The position numbers were made by a program, and so were the translations under genes. 64,000 bases of DNA from Halorutilales archaeon Cl-col2-1 (lineage in GTDB: Archaea; Halobacteriota; Halobacteria; Halobacteriales; Afararchaeaceae), in the NCBI GenBank assembly GCA_041891055.1, contig CP169074.1, forward strand, positions 288,001 to 352,000, read 5' to 3'. The first letter of the stretch is position 1; each line of letters begins with the position of its first letter. The notes beneath the pieces were generated by a model that made no database searches, was not told the DNA's origin, and was given only the letters and a program-made list of their open reading frames with translations. Shown piece by piece: positions 41,216 through 50,504 of this stretch.

Positions 41216-42058
41216 ATGAGAGTGAGCATGAAGGGGAAGTCCGAGACTGAGACAGCCACCGAGTTTGAGACGCGTCTCGATCCCGAAGCCACGACCAACG
41301 AGATAACCTCGTTCATCCGGAGTTACGTAGAGGACGCGGGAGCCGACGGAGTCGTCGTGGGTCTGAGCGGAGGCATAGACTCGACAGTAGCGGCGACAGT
41401 CGCGGTCGAAGCCCTCGGCTCCGAGCGGGTCTTGGGTCTCGTACTACCGACCGAGTCGACGACCGAGTCGAATACCGAGGACGCAGTCGGAGTTGCTGAG
41501 TCACTCGGGATCAACTACGAGATGATTGATCTCCAGCCAGTCGTCGATAGCTTCACGGACGCGATGGGGGGACTCGATGAAGCGGACGACAACGACAAGA
41601 AAGCCGTCGGAAACTCGAAGGCAAGACTCAGGATGGCTTCCCTCTATTACGTCGCCAACGCACGAGACCTACTCGTCCTCGGCACGGGAAACCGAACCGA
41701 GCTACTCCTCGGATACTTCACGAAGTACGGCGACGGAGGTGTCGATCTCCTACCCATCGGCGATCTCTACAAGACCGAGGTGCGTGAGTTAGCGCGCCAC
41801 GTTGGGGTTCCCGACCGGATAGTCGAGAAGACCCCCACAGCGGGTCTGTGGGAGGGTCAGACAGACGAGGCGGAGCTAGGCGCGCCCTACGAGACTGTCG
41901 ACGAGATACTGCGTCTGATGGTCTCGTCGGACGTAGACCTCGATGACTCCGAGATTGCCGAGTCGATCGACACCGATGTCGATACCGAGACGGTCTCGGG
42001 CTTACGTCGGATGTACGAGTCAGCCGAACACAAGAGGACAGTACCCCCTACGCCATAA
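41216..42058 (+). CDS. nadE: NH3-dependent NAD+ synthetase
   Basis: GLSGGIDS, KARLRM, GTGNRTE, GYFTKYGDG, PTAGLW; no glutaminase domain. Confidence 0.96.
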   Translation: MRVSMKGKSETETATEFETRLDPEATTNEITSFIRSYVEDAGADGVVVGLSGGIDSTVAATVAVEALGSERVLGLVLPTESTTESNTEDAVGVAESLGINYEMIDLQPVVDSFTDAMGGLDEADDNDKKAVGNSKARLRMASLYYVANARDLLVLGTGNRTELLLGYFTKYGDGGVDLLPIGDLYKTEVRELARHVGVPDRIVEKTPTAGLWEGQTDEAELGAPYETVDEILRLMVSSDVDLDDSEIAESIDTDVDTETVSGLRRMYESAEHKRTVPPTP

Positions 42059-42702
42059 TGGAAATGGAAGAGATAGCCCAGAACCTCTACTTCGTGGAGG
42101 CTGACAAGCCCGGGAGCCACACCTACGTCTTCGAGGGAGAGTCGAGAACCGCCGTCATCGATCCGGGTCTTAGCTCGAACTACGAGAGGGTCGTCTCGGA
42201 GGTCGGAGAGCCCGACATACTCGTGAACACGCACGAGCATTTCGACCACATAGGTGCTAACCCGAGGTTCCAGGACGACTGTCTCGTCGCAGCACACAGG
42301 TACTCCGCCGTCAAGATGGTCACAGGAGACGACGACGTAATGAAGTGCAGAGCGAACGGACAGCCCGAGGAGTACGAGGTCGACCTCTGGCTCGAAAACA
42401 ACGCCTTATTCGACCTGGGTGGTAAGAGGCTCAAGATACTCCACACTCCCGGGCACACATCGGGGTCGCTGTGTGTCTACGACACGTCGACGCGCGCACT
42501 CGTCACTGGCGACACCGTCTACGCATACGGCACAATCTCCGACATCTACAAGTCGGGGAGCTACGGAGAGTACGCCAACTCGCTCCGGCGTCTCAACAAC
42601 TTCAGAGTAGACGTTATATGTCCGGGACACGGACATCTGTCGTATGAGCCCGAGGAGACACTCGAAAAATCGATCACAAAAGCCGAGGAGCGGATAGCTT
42701 AG
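42058..42702 (+). CDS. MBL-fold metallo-hydrolase
   Basis: THEHFDHIG, TPGHT, TGD, PGHG; TAATG overlap with nadE. Confidence 0.9.
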   Translation: MEMEEIAQNLYFVEADKPGSHTYVFEGESRTAVIDPGLSSNYERVVSEVGEPDILVNTHEHFDHIGANPRFQDDCLVAAHRYSAVKMVTGDDDVMKCRANGQPEEYEVDLWLENNALFDLGGKRLKILHTPGHTSGSLCVYDTSTRALVTGDTVYAYGTISDIYKSGSYGEYANSLRRLNNFRVDVICPGHGHLSYEPEETLEKSITKAEERIA

Positions 42703-42703
42703 G

Positions 42704-43753
42704 ATGGAACCGAGAAAGATACAGCAGGTCGGCAAGAGCACACTCACTGTCTCTCTCCCGAGCGACTGGGCTGAGAGGTACGGCGTCGAGAAAGGCGACC
42801 ACGTCTATCTCTTCAGTGGAAACGACTCGTCGCTCACTATATATCCGTCGGTCTCGGGGTCAGTCTCGGTCACTAAGGTCACGGTCGACGCCGAGGGAAG
42901 ATCTCCGATAGTCGTCGAGAGGTCGATAGTCGGGAGTTACGTCTTAGGCAGGAAGGAGATAGTGATAGAGTCGGAGGAAGGTCTCACAGACGCACAGACC
43001 GACGCGATATACAGAGCCGAGAGACAGCTTATGGGCGCGGGCGTGATAGAGGAGCGTCCAAGTAAGGCGGTTCTGAGGTTCTCGGTCAATCCCTCAGAGT
43101 TCTCAGTCAACGACCTCTTGACACGTCTCAACTCGACCGCCGAGACGATGAGATCGGAGGCTGTCGACTCCCTGAGGGAGGCGGACACCGACGTTTCGAG
43201 AAGGGGCGCTGACCGCGAGAAACACGCCAACAAGGTCTTCGTTCTCATACTTCGCCTACTACTCACCGCACAGCAGAATCCGGTTCTCGTCGACAAGATC
43301 GGTCTCGACAGCCCCCTCCACATAGTCGGTGCGAGGGCGGCTGCAAAAAGCTTGGAGAGATGTGCCGACTACGCAGCTGAGATGTCGGAGAACGCCGAGG
43401 CGACGGTCGAAGACGGCGGCGTTGAAGACCTCGACTCCGACCTAATTGACAGCCTCGAAGATCTCGTCGACCTCACCGACTCGGCGTGCCGCCAGGCTCT
43501 CGACGGTCTTAGACAGGGCGACATCGACACAGCAACACAGACGCGCGACCTCTTCGACGACGTCAAAGAAAAACAGGAGGAGACCGTCTCGTCGGCATTT
43601 GAGGAGTTCGACGGTGACGACGTCAAGAGACTCATGAGGTTCAACGACACCGTATCTGCGGTGGTACAGTCGGCGAAGGAAGCCGTTGAGATAGCCGAGG
43701 TCGGCTCGAACAGGGCGTTGGAGTCGTCGGGTAACGGCATAAGACTCGACTGA
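42704..43753 (+). CDS. AbrB/SpoVT-PhoU domain regulator
   Basis: RKIQQVGKSTLTVSLPSDW, LERCADYA. Confidence 0.88.
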   Translation: MEPRKIQQVGKSTLTVSLPSDWAERYGVEKGDHVYLFSGNDSSLTIYPSVSGSVSVTKVTVDAEGRSPIVVERSIVGSYVLGRKEIVIESEEGLTDAQTDAIYRAERQLMGAGVIEERPSKAVLRFSVNPSEFSVNDLLTRLNSTAETMRSEAVDSLREADTDVSRRGADREKHANKVFVLILRLLLTAQQNPVLVDKIGLDSPLHIVGARAAAKSLERCADYAAEMSENAEATVEDGGVEDLDSDLIDSLEDLVDLTDSACRQALDGLRQGDIDTATQTRDLFDDVKEKQEETVSSAFEEFDGDDVKRLMRFNDTVSAVVQSAKEAVEIAEVGSNRALESSGNGIRLD

Positions 43754-43801
43754 GACTCCGACACCACAACCTCTTTCTATAACGCGAGAATACGACGGGT
43801 A

Positions 43802-45118
43802 ATGAGTACTTCCCAAGACGAGAGTCTTCTAAGATACGTCTCCGATCTCGGACCCTCATGGCTCGCGGGCGCGATAGCCGCGGGTCCCGCGACGATGGCG
43901 AGTCTTCTGACGGCGGGAGCCTCGTTCGGCTACGACCTCCTCTGGATAGTCGTCCTCTCTGCGGCTCTCGGATCACTGTCGCAGTACCTCGCGATGCGTC
44001 TCGGACTTCTAACTGAGGAGGGCATAGTATCGACCGTCGAGAAAAATCTCGGCGAGGGCTGGGCGTGGCTACTCGTCGTAGACGCCGTCTTAGCCGCAGG
44101 TCTCGCACAGCTCGTGATAATGAAGACTGTTGCAGACGTGAGCGCGACGATTACGGGAGTCGACGCGAGAATCTGGGGTGTCGCGTGGGCGGTGATACTA
44201 GCGGTAGGTCTCGCGGGAGGCGGATACAGGATTGCCGAAATCGGTGCGAAGATTCTCGTCTCGGGAGTCGTACTCGCCTTCGTCGCCTCTGTCTTCGTCG
44301 TCCCGATAGACCCGGGGGCTGCCATATCGGGAGCCGTTCCGAGTCTTCCCGGAGGCTTAAGCGGTGCGGTGACCGCTGCGGGTGTCCTCGGAGGTGCGGT
44401 ACATATAACCCTCATAACGATGCAGTCGTACACTATGAGATCGCACGGCTGGCGACGCGGCGACTACGGCGTGGCGACCTTCGACATAATTACCTCGATG
44501 CTCGTCGCCTTCGGAGTATACAGCTTAGCTATATTCGTCGTCGCGGCGTCCGTCCTCCACTCACCCGACATCGACGCCGCCCAACTCACGGCGACCTCGG
44601 CGGCGCGTGCTCTCGAACCCATCGCAGGAGCCAACGCGAAATGGATATTCCTGATGGGACTCTGGGGTGCGGCGGTCTCGACCCTCGGCGGAAATACAGT
44701 CGTGCCGCCCTACCTCGTCGCCGACAAGCTCGGCTGGGAGAAGGACGTCTCCGACGTGCGTTACCGTATACTCCTAGTCTTCGTCGCGGGGATAAGCGCA
44801 CTCGGTGCCTTCCTAGGTGGAAGTTTCTTCCCTCTCCTGGTTCTCGTCCTCGCATTCGGACTCGTCGGAACCCCCTTCGCTCTCGCCATCGTACTCTATC
44901 TACTCAACTCCGACGCAGTCGAGGAGCCTAATCCGACGGTTCTCAACCTCGGTGGCTTAGTTCTGATAGGAATAACGTTTCTGACTGCGACTTCGTTCGT
45001 GAGGGAACAGATCGGAGGTGGCTTCGACAATCCACTCGGGATATTCGTTGGACTCTACACGGTAGTTCTGACAACTGCGGTACTTGTGCTCGGAGCCTTT
45101 GCAGTGGAGGGAGAATGA
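43802..45118 (+). CDS. NRAMP-related (APC superfamily) transporter
   Basis: GPSWLAGAIAAGPAT, GASFGYDLLW, multi-TM. Confidence 0.85.
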   Translation: MSTSQDESLLRYVSDLGPSWLAGAIAAGPATMASLLTAGASFGYDLLWIVVLSAALGSLSQYLAMRLGLLTEEGIVSTVEKNLGEGWAWLLVVDAVLAAGLAQLVIMKTVADVSATITGVDARIWGVAWAVILAVGLAGGGYRIAEIGAKILVSGVVLAFVASVFVVPIDPGAAISGAVPSLPGGLSGAVTAAGVLGGAVHITLITMQSYTMRSHGWRRGDYGVATFDIITSMLVAFGVYSLAIFVVAASVLHSPDIDAAQLTATSAARALEPIAGANAKWIFLMGLWGAAVSTLGGNTVVPPYLVADKLGWEKDVSDVRYRILLVFVAGISALGAFLGGSFFPLLVLVLAFGLVGTPFALAIVLYLLNSDAVEEPNPTVLNLGGLVLIGITFLTATSFVREQIGGGFDNPLGIFVGLYTVVLTTAVLVLGAFAVEGE

Positions 45119-45690
45119 GTCGAAGTCTCAGTGTCTCATTTTCGGGGTCTATCCTGGTCTCGGGCGGTCTCAACGTCGGAAAGACACGTCTTACGGCTGA
45201 GACCCTCGTGAGGTACGCCGATAAGTATCCCGAAGCCGAGACGGTACTTCTTGACTTCGCCCCCGAGTTAATGAAGGACGGAGACCTCGTCGGGGGACAC
45301 GTCTCACGTTTCGTCGATGTCCCCGAGACTGTCTCGGAGTACGTACTCGAAGCGAACGCTCCGCGTCTGGAGAGCGACACAGAAGACGGGGCGGTCGAAT
45401 TAGCACGTGAGAACCATGATAAGGGAGTCGGGTTAGTAGAGTCGGCACCCCACGATCCTGACGCTGTCTTCGTGAATGACGCCACGATACCCTTCCAGTA
45501 CCCCGACTCTGATTCCGGGACTCTCGTCGAGTACTGTGAAAGAGCCGACGACTGTCTTCTCAACGTCTACGACCCGCGCTCCGGCGGCGACACCGAGACA
45601 GTTCTGTCGGACTCGGGAGTATTAAACAGTCCGGAGGCGGCGACAGTTGAGAGTCTGAGAGGATGGGCGGATGTCGAGATCCATCTCTGA
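45115..45690 (+). CDS. Hypothetical protein with P-loop-like motif
   Basis: GGLNVGKT; overlaps the transporter stop. Confidence 0.65.
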   Translation: MSRSLSVSFSGSILVSGGLNVGKTRLTAETLVRYADKYPEAETVLLDFAPELMKDGDLVGGHVSRFVDVPETVSEYVLEANAPRLESDTEDGAVELARENHDKGVGLVESAPHDPDAVFVNDATIPFQYPDSDSGTLVEYCERADDCLLNVYDPRSGGDTETVLSDSGVLNSPEAATVESLRGWADVEIHL

Positions 45691-45698
45691 TCCTTACT

Positions 45699-46610
45699 CT
45701 ACTCGACGAGACGTGACACGAGGTCTGCAGCCTCGACTGCGGTCTCACCGAAGACGTACGTGATCGGCTCTACGCCGAATCCGCCTTCGTGGTAGGCTAT
45801 ATCGGGTACTTCGTCGTTATCGTCGAATACCTCGAAGAGATCAGAGCTGAGGCTGTCGTAGGTCGCGTCGAACTCGACGACGTCTAAGCAGAGTTCGTCT
45901 GCGGCTTCCAAAAGTCGGTTCGATGTCGCTATGTTGACACAGCCCTTCACGTCGGCGTCGACACGTTTAGCCGCTAGGACGGCTCTCGCAACGTGCTGTG
46001 ACGCACCGAACTCGGGGTTCGCGGGTATGTTGATACGTCCTCTCATCGTGTAGATGCGCCCGGGGACTGCCGCGACATCAGTCTCGTCGTCTGCGTCGGG
46101 GAGCGCGGTCACGACATTGGTACCGACGTTCGGGACATGGTCAGATACTCCTCGTGTGTTGGCAAGCCTCCTCGCTCCCTTTCTGACAGAAGAGAGCGCG
46201 GTTCTCTCGGCGAGAAGCTCCTCGTCCGATCCTCTCACGCACAGGTCACAGCCGAGACCTTCGAGAGACGGCATCTCGTCCTCGTGTACCTCACATATGG
46301 GTCCCCTGTCCTCGAACTCACGCACGAGGCTCAGAAGCTCCGATAGTATCTCGTAACCGCCTATGCCGTCGTCGTCTATCCTACGTGCTATCCTTCCCAC
46401 AGTCTCCTCCATCCTCGGATCGTTCTCGAAACGCTCCTCCGTACCTCCCTCACCGCTCATGTACTTGCTCACAGCCGACTGAGTGACACCGAGATGACTC
46501 GCTATCTCCTGCTGTGTGAACCCCCTCTCGCTGAGCTCAGATGTCAGCATCGACCTCGCAGTCGGAAGGAACCTCTCGACAACTATCTCGCTCGGGAAAC
46601 GTAACGCCAT
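45699..46610 (-). CDS. HTH + ThiN-domain protein (ThiR-like thiamine regulator)
   Basis: TQQEIASHLGVTQSAVSKY HTH; PNVGTN, PGRI, FGASQHVAR, GGFGVEP. Confidence 0.85.
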   Translation of the reverse strand: MALRFPSEIVVERFLPTARSMLTSELSERGFTQQEIASHLGVTQSAVSKYMSGEGGTEERFENDPRMEETVGRIARRIDDDGIGGYEILSELLSLVREFEDRGPICEVHEDEMPSLEGLGCDLCVRGSDEELLAERTALSSVRKGARRLANTRGVSDHVPNVGTNVVTALPDADDETDVAAVPGRIYTMRGRINIPANPEFGASQHVARAVLAAKRVDADVKGCVNIATSNRLLEAADELCLDVVEFDATYDSLSSDLFEVFDDNDEVPDIAYHEGGFGVEPITYVFGETAVEAADLVSRLVE

Positions 46611-46650
46611 AGACGTTCTTCGGGAGAATGAGTTATTAACCTAACTCAAC

Positions 46651-46965
46651 TCAGTCCATCTTCTCCTCTACCTCATCTATTCTCTTCTTGACGTTCTCGA
46701 CCATCTCTTCCATCTCTTCCCTCTGTTCCTCTATACTCTTCTCGAACTCGTTCTGTATCTCGTCGACCTCCGACCTCAGGTTACTGACCGCCTTCTTCCT
46801 CTTCCTGTCCTCTTTCTTCTCGGATATCTTCTTTTCGAGGCTGTCGACCTCCTGCTTCACACGCTGTGTCAGCTCGGACGCCTTCTTCTTCCCCTCTGAC
46901 TCCATTTTCTCCTCAAGATCGTTGACGACTGACTTGAGCTTATTTACTGACTCTCTCTGTGTCAT
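46651..46965 (-). CDS. Charged coiled-coil hypothetical protein
   Basis: K/E-rich heptad pattern, 104 aa. Confidence 0.6.
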   Translation of the reverse strand: MTQRESVNKLKSVVNDLEEKMESEGKKKASELTQRVKQEVDSLEKKISEKKEDRKRKKAVSNLRSEVDEIQNEFEKSIEEQREEMEEMVENVKKRIDEVEEKMD

Positions 46966-47017
46966 ACCAATTAGATAGAACCGCGAGTAACTTTATACTG
47001 TCGGCGGAAAACACTCT

Positions 47018-47468
47018 TTGACATCCTCACCCGCCTGAAGTCGGGTGAATCCCACATTGGGAATTTAAGGTTTCCAACCAACACAACCTTGTCAGGAGTT
47101 TCCCCCATTCACGGTTATATCGGCTGAAGGCTGTGCCAAACAGCCGTTACTCCTATCCTCTCGGACTCGGAGTTATCTCTGAACTTCGTTCAGAGGTTAA
47201 CGAAGCTTTGCTTCGTGATATCTTTCTACCTACCTTCTGTGGGGTTTTCACAACACACTTTTTAATGCATTTTCACAACCCTTCCGTATATTACCTCGTT
47301 ACTTTGGGCGGGTAAACCGCCTACGTAGGTTGATTGACCCATACAAAGATTCGTTGTGGTACTACTAAACTTTTACTGAAATTCCGGTATAGTCACCGAA
47401 ATAGTAAGTTGAGTACTTCGACGGATTCATCCCGCACCTAAAGGTGCGGGTATTCTCCTGTGCTATCT
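47018..47468 (-). mobile_element. Non-autonomous IS200/IS605 (IS1341/tnpB-derived) element
   Basis: Right end ...GAGGATGTCAA with hairpin 47027-47048; left-end hairpin CCCGCACC/GGTGCGGG 47431-47450; frameshifted tnpB C-terminal remnant ITPSP/DRSNGCLAQP; TTAT just outside the left end; end positions approximate. Confidence 0.8.
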
Positions 47469-47483
47469 ATAACTGTATACAGT

Positions 47484-47916
47484 ACGTTGAGGAGAGTAAG
47501 CCCCCTTCTGTTCGTCACGGCATTCAGCTGAGCACCGACTATCGAGGCAGGGCTTACCACAGTCGGCTTGCACCCACGGGGATTCGCCGTTCCACCGTTC
47601 CCTCGCCGTCGTGTCTCGGGCGGTTAACTCGTCGACGTCTGTAAATCTCTGATTTTCAAGCATGCGAATCTTCGGATTCGCGAATGTTGAGTTGCTGTCG
47701 AGTTCGCGTCCCTCATCGATCGGGCGAGGACGTGTCGTTTCTGTTCCAGAGCCGCCGGTCTCCCGACCTCGGCTTGCTTCGTGGTTTTACTTACCACGAG
47801 CCCTCTGAGACTGAGAGTTTCTCAGCGGACGCCGAGCCGTGTGCCCTGCGGTGGGGGGACTTTCCTCGTGTGGTACGTCTTAAAAATGTACCCACGGGAG
47901 CCGTGCTTCCTCTACG
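47484..47916 (-). ncRNA. rnpB: RNase P RNA
   Basis: GAGGAAAGTCCCCCCAC, GGAACAGAAAC, GAACGGCGAATCC..GTGCAAG, GAACAGAAGGGGGCTTACT; ends approximate. Confidence 0.95.
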
Positions 47917-48029
47917 TGTTACAAGGTAGACTCGCTACTCTTAAACGGTTTCGGGTTAGTATCCGAGACACGTGGAAACGTACCAAAAGATTATATTAAA
48001 TGCGGTGTATATTAAATACGTACTAACTC

Positions 48030-48659
48030 ATGGCGGCTCAGAACAGTTTTCTAAGTCACGAGAAGGGGAAGGCTGCCATCGACCTAGCGCGCGAGGCGAT
48101 GGAGTCGTACGTCTTGAACGGGCAGAGGGAACATCCCGGGAGCATGGAAGACGTCTTCTACGAGAGGACAGGTGTTCTCATAAAGCTCAGTTCGACGCGG
48201 GGACGGGGATCGGTGAGGGGTAGCGCGGGATCGTACCACAGGGACAAGCAGTTCTCGGAGGCGATAATCGACGCCGTTATAGAGGCATCCGAGCCGAGTT
48301 CGGGAACCTCAGAGATAGAGGAGTCGGAACTCGGAAGCATAGAGATTACACTGTGTGCGCTCGATTCGATAGACGAGGTCGACAATCCACGCGCCGAAGT
48401 CGAAGTGGGGCGACACGGTCTGATAGTCGAGACCTCTGACGAGTCGGGCTGGATGCTTCCGACGATGCCCGTCGAACACGGCTGGAGCTCCGCTGAGTTC
48501 CTCGATAGGGTATGCTGTAAAGCCGGCTCTTGTAACAACGGTCAGATGGGACGCGGGTCGTGGAAGGAGGACAGCGTCAACGTCTATATCTTCGAGGGAA
48601 GGGTTTTCAGGGAGAGAAACCCGGGAGGTGGGGTCGAAGAAGTCAGCCTACCTGAGTAG
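48030..48659 (+). CDS. AMMECR1/TIGR00296 family protein
   Basis: ERTGV...RGSAG, VGRHGL, LPTMPVEHGW, C.KAG. Confidence 0.9.
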   Translation: MAAQNSFLSHEKGKAAIDLAREAMESYVLNGQREHPGSMEDVFYERTGVLIKLSSTRGRGSVRGSAGSYHRDKQFSEAIIDAVIEASEPSSGTSEIEESELGSIEITLCALDSIDEVDNPRAEVEVGRHGLIVETSDESGWMLPTMPVEHGWSSAEFLDRVCCKAGSCNNGQMGRGSWKEDSVNVYIFEGRVFRERNPGGGVEEVSLPE

Positions 48660-49844
48660 GCTCGTGTCACCATCACTTTCTCTGACTCTCTCAACTCCTT
48701 CGTTTACTCTACGTCTCGCGTCCTCTATCGAGAAGTCGGCGACTATCTCGCCGTCGTCTATGACGGGTTCCATGAGTCTCTCGGCTTCGTCGGGAACCTC
48801 ACCGTCGCCGCCTGTATACACGACGGTGTCTTCCATCCTGTCGTAGTCACGGTGGATTTCCTTCGCGCCGCTCTTAGTTCCCCTCTTAGCCGCGAACTCG
48901 CAGTCGACCTCTACTATGTCTAGAGAGAAGTCCACGGGGTCGGCGTTGGCTACGTATCCCCCGACACCGAAGCCGTCTACGACGTCTCTGAGTTCGAGTA
49001 TCTCGTCGGCGTCGACACCGCCGCTCACGAAGATACCCACGTCTTCGTGTCCGCGCGCGTCTAACTCCCACCTGACCTCCTCAGCGATCTCTCTCATGTC
49101 GCCGCGTCTGCTCGACGTAGTGTCGAGACGGACGCTGTCTACGTTATCGAGGAGCTCGACGGCTCTCGTCGCCTCTTTCTTCTCGTCCTCGTATGTGTCA
49201 CACAGAAGAACCCGCGGCACCGACTCGTCGAGTGCTTCGTCGTACGCGAGCCAAGCCTCCTCTTGGTCGCCCATCGAGATAACGAATGCGTGGGGCATCG
49301 TACCTCCGGCTTCGACGCCTATCGCCTCTCCTCCTGCGATGTTCGAGATGCCGTCCATACCTCCTATCAAGGCGGATCTCTCTATCATCCCCGCGGTCGC
49401 GGGATGCTGTCTGCGTGTCCCGAAGCTCAGAACTGTCCTGTCTCCCGCGGCGGCTTTAGCTCTCATCGCCTTCGTGGCGACGCCGCTCGCCTTACAGATG
49501 AATCCGAGGAGAGCAGTCTCGTATCTCCCGAAATCGAGGTACTTGCCCTCTATACGCATCACGGGCGAGTTCCTGAAGAGGGTGCCCTCGGGGACTGAGT
49601 AGACGTCGACGGGCTTTCCTTCGAGAAGCTGGGCGACGTCCTTGAGACCCGCGAAGACGTGCCAGTCGTCGGTTTCCTCGCCAACTTCGGCGACGACTTC
49701 GGGGTTTCTGTCGGAGTATTCGAGTACCTCCTCTGTCGTCTCGAAGTAGGCGTCGGTCACCCGCCCGTCGTCTATGTCGTCGGGAGTGAGTATGTCGTAC
49801 TTCCTGTCGGTCTCGTCCATACCGAAGTATTCTCGTCGTCTCAC
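48648..49844 (-). CDS. pncB: Nicotinate phosphoribosyltransferase
   Basis: TDAYF, SFGTRR, GTMPHA, VRLDT, SGG, GFGVG. Confidence 0.92.
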   Translation of the reverse strand: MRRREYFGMDETDRKYDILTPDDIDDGRVTDAYFETTEEVLEYSDRNPEVVAEVGEETDDWHVFAGLKDVAQLLEGKPVDVYSVPEGTLFRNSPVMRIEGKYLDFGRYETALLGFICKASGVATKAMRAKAAAGDRTVLSFGTRRQHPATAGMIERSALIGGMDGISNIAGGEAIGVEAGGTMPHAFVISMGDQEEAWLAYDEALDESVPRVLLCDTYEDEKKEATRAVELLDNVDSVRLDTTSSRRGDMREIAEEVRWELDARGHEDVGIFVSGGVDADEILELRDVVDGFGVGGYVANADPVDFSLDIVEVDCEFAAKRGTKSGAKEIHRDYDRMEDTVVYTGGDGEVPDEAERLMEPVIDDGEIVADFSIEDARRRVNEGVERVRESDGDTSLLR

Positions 49845-49868
49845 CTTATTTACTCGGTCTTTTGTCTC

Positions 49869-50444
49869 TTACTCGTACTCTATCTCGGTCGAGTCGACTA
49901 CCTCACCGAAGAGCCAGTCGGCGTGTTCGAGAGAGTACTCCTTGTCCGACTCGTCGATATAGCCGACTGCGTCCTCGACTAAGACGGGACGGTAGTCACG
50001 CAGACCCGCGCTGCTCGCTGTGTGTAGGACACAGACGTTAGAGAGTGTGCCACAGATCACGAGGTTGTCTATGCCGTGGCTGTCGAGGAAGCCCTCCAAC
50101 TCGGTCTCGTAGAAGGCGTCGTAGGTGTGTTTGACGACTACGTGATCCGACTCGTGTACGTCGATGTCGTCGACTATCTCGGAGTCCCAGGACCCCTCGA
50201 TGACGTGCTCGCCCCATCTCTCGAACTCGTCGTAGTAATGGTTTCCGTCGAACTGTCCCTCGGGATGTACGTCTCTCGTGTAGATTAGCTGGACGCCGTT
50301 GGCGCGCGCCTCCTCGACGACGTCTTGTACGCCGACTATCGCAGTCTCGCTCGGCTCGGCGTAGAGACTGCCGTCGGGATGACAGAAGGCATTCTGCATG
50401 TCGACGACCACGACGGCGGTCGAGTCGGGGTTTAGCTCTACCAT
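49869..50444 (-). CDS. Isochorismatase-family cysteine hydrolase (probable nicotinamidase)
   Basis: VDMQNAF, D.H, KHTYDAF, NVCVLHT; directly upstream of pncB. Confidence 0.88.
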   Translation of the reverse strand: MVELNPDSTAVVVVDMQNAFCHPDGSLYAEPSETAIVGVQDVVEEARANGVQLIYTRDVHPEGQFDGNHYYDEFERWGEHVIEGSWDSEIVDDIDVHESDHVVVKHTYDAFYETELEGFLDSHGIDNLVICGTLSNVCVLHTASSAGLRDYRPVLVEDAVGYIDESDKEYSLEHADWLFGEVVDSTEIEYE

Positions 50445-50504
50445 GTTGGGCTCTACACAGTCATAAAAAATCAGACTTTTGACCACGCGTTCCGTCTTTG
50501 GCGT

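Noticed and set aside
47133-47999. Small ORFs over 47133-47999
   Set aside because: They overlap the RNase P RNA and the IS remnant
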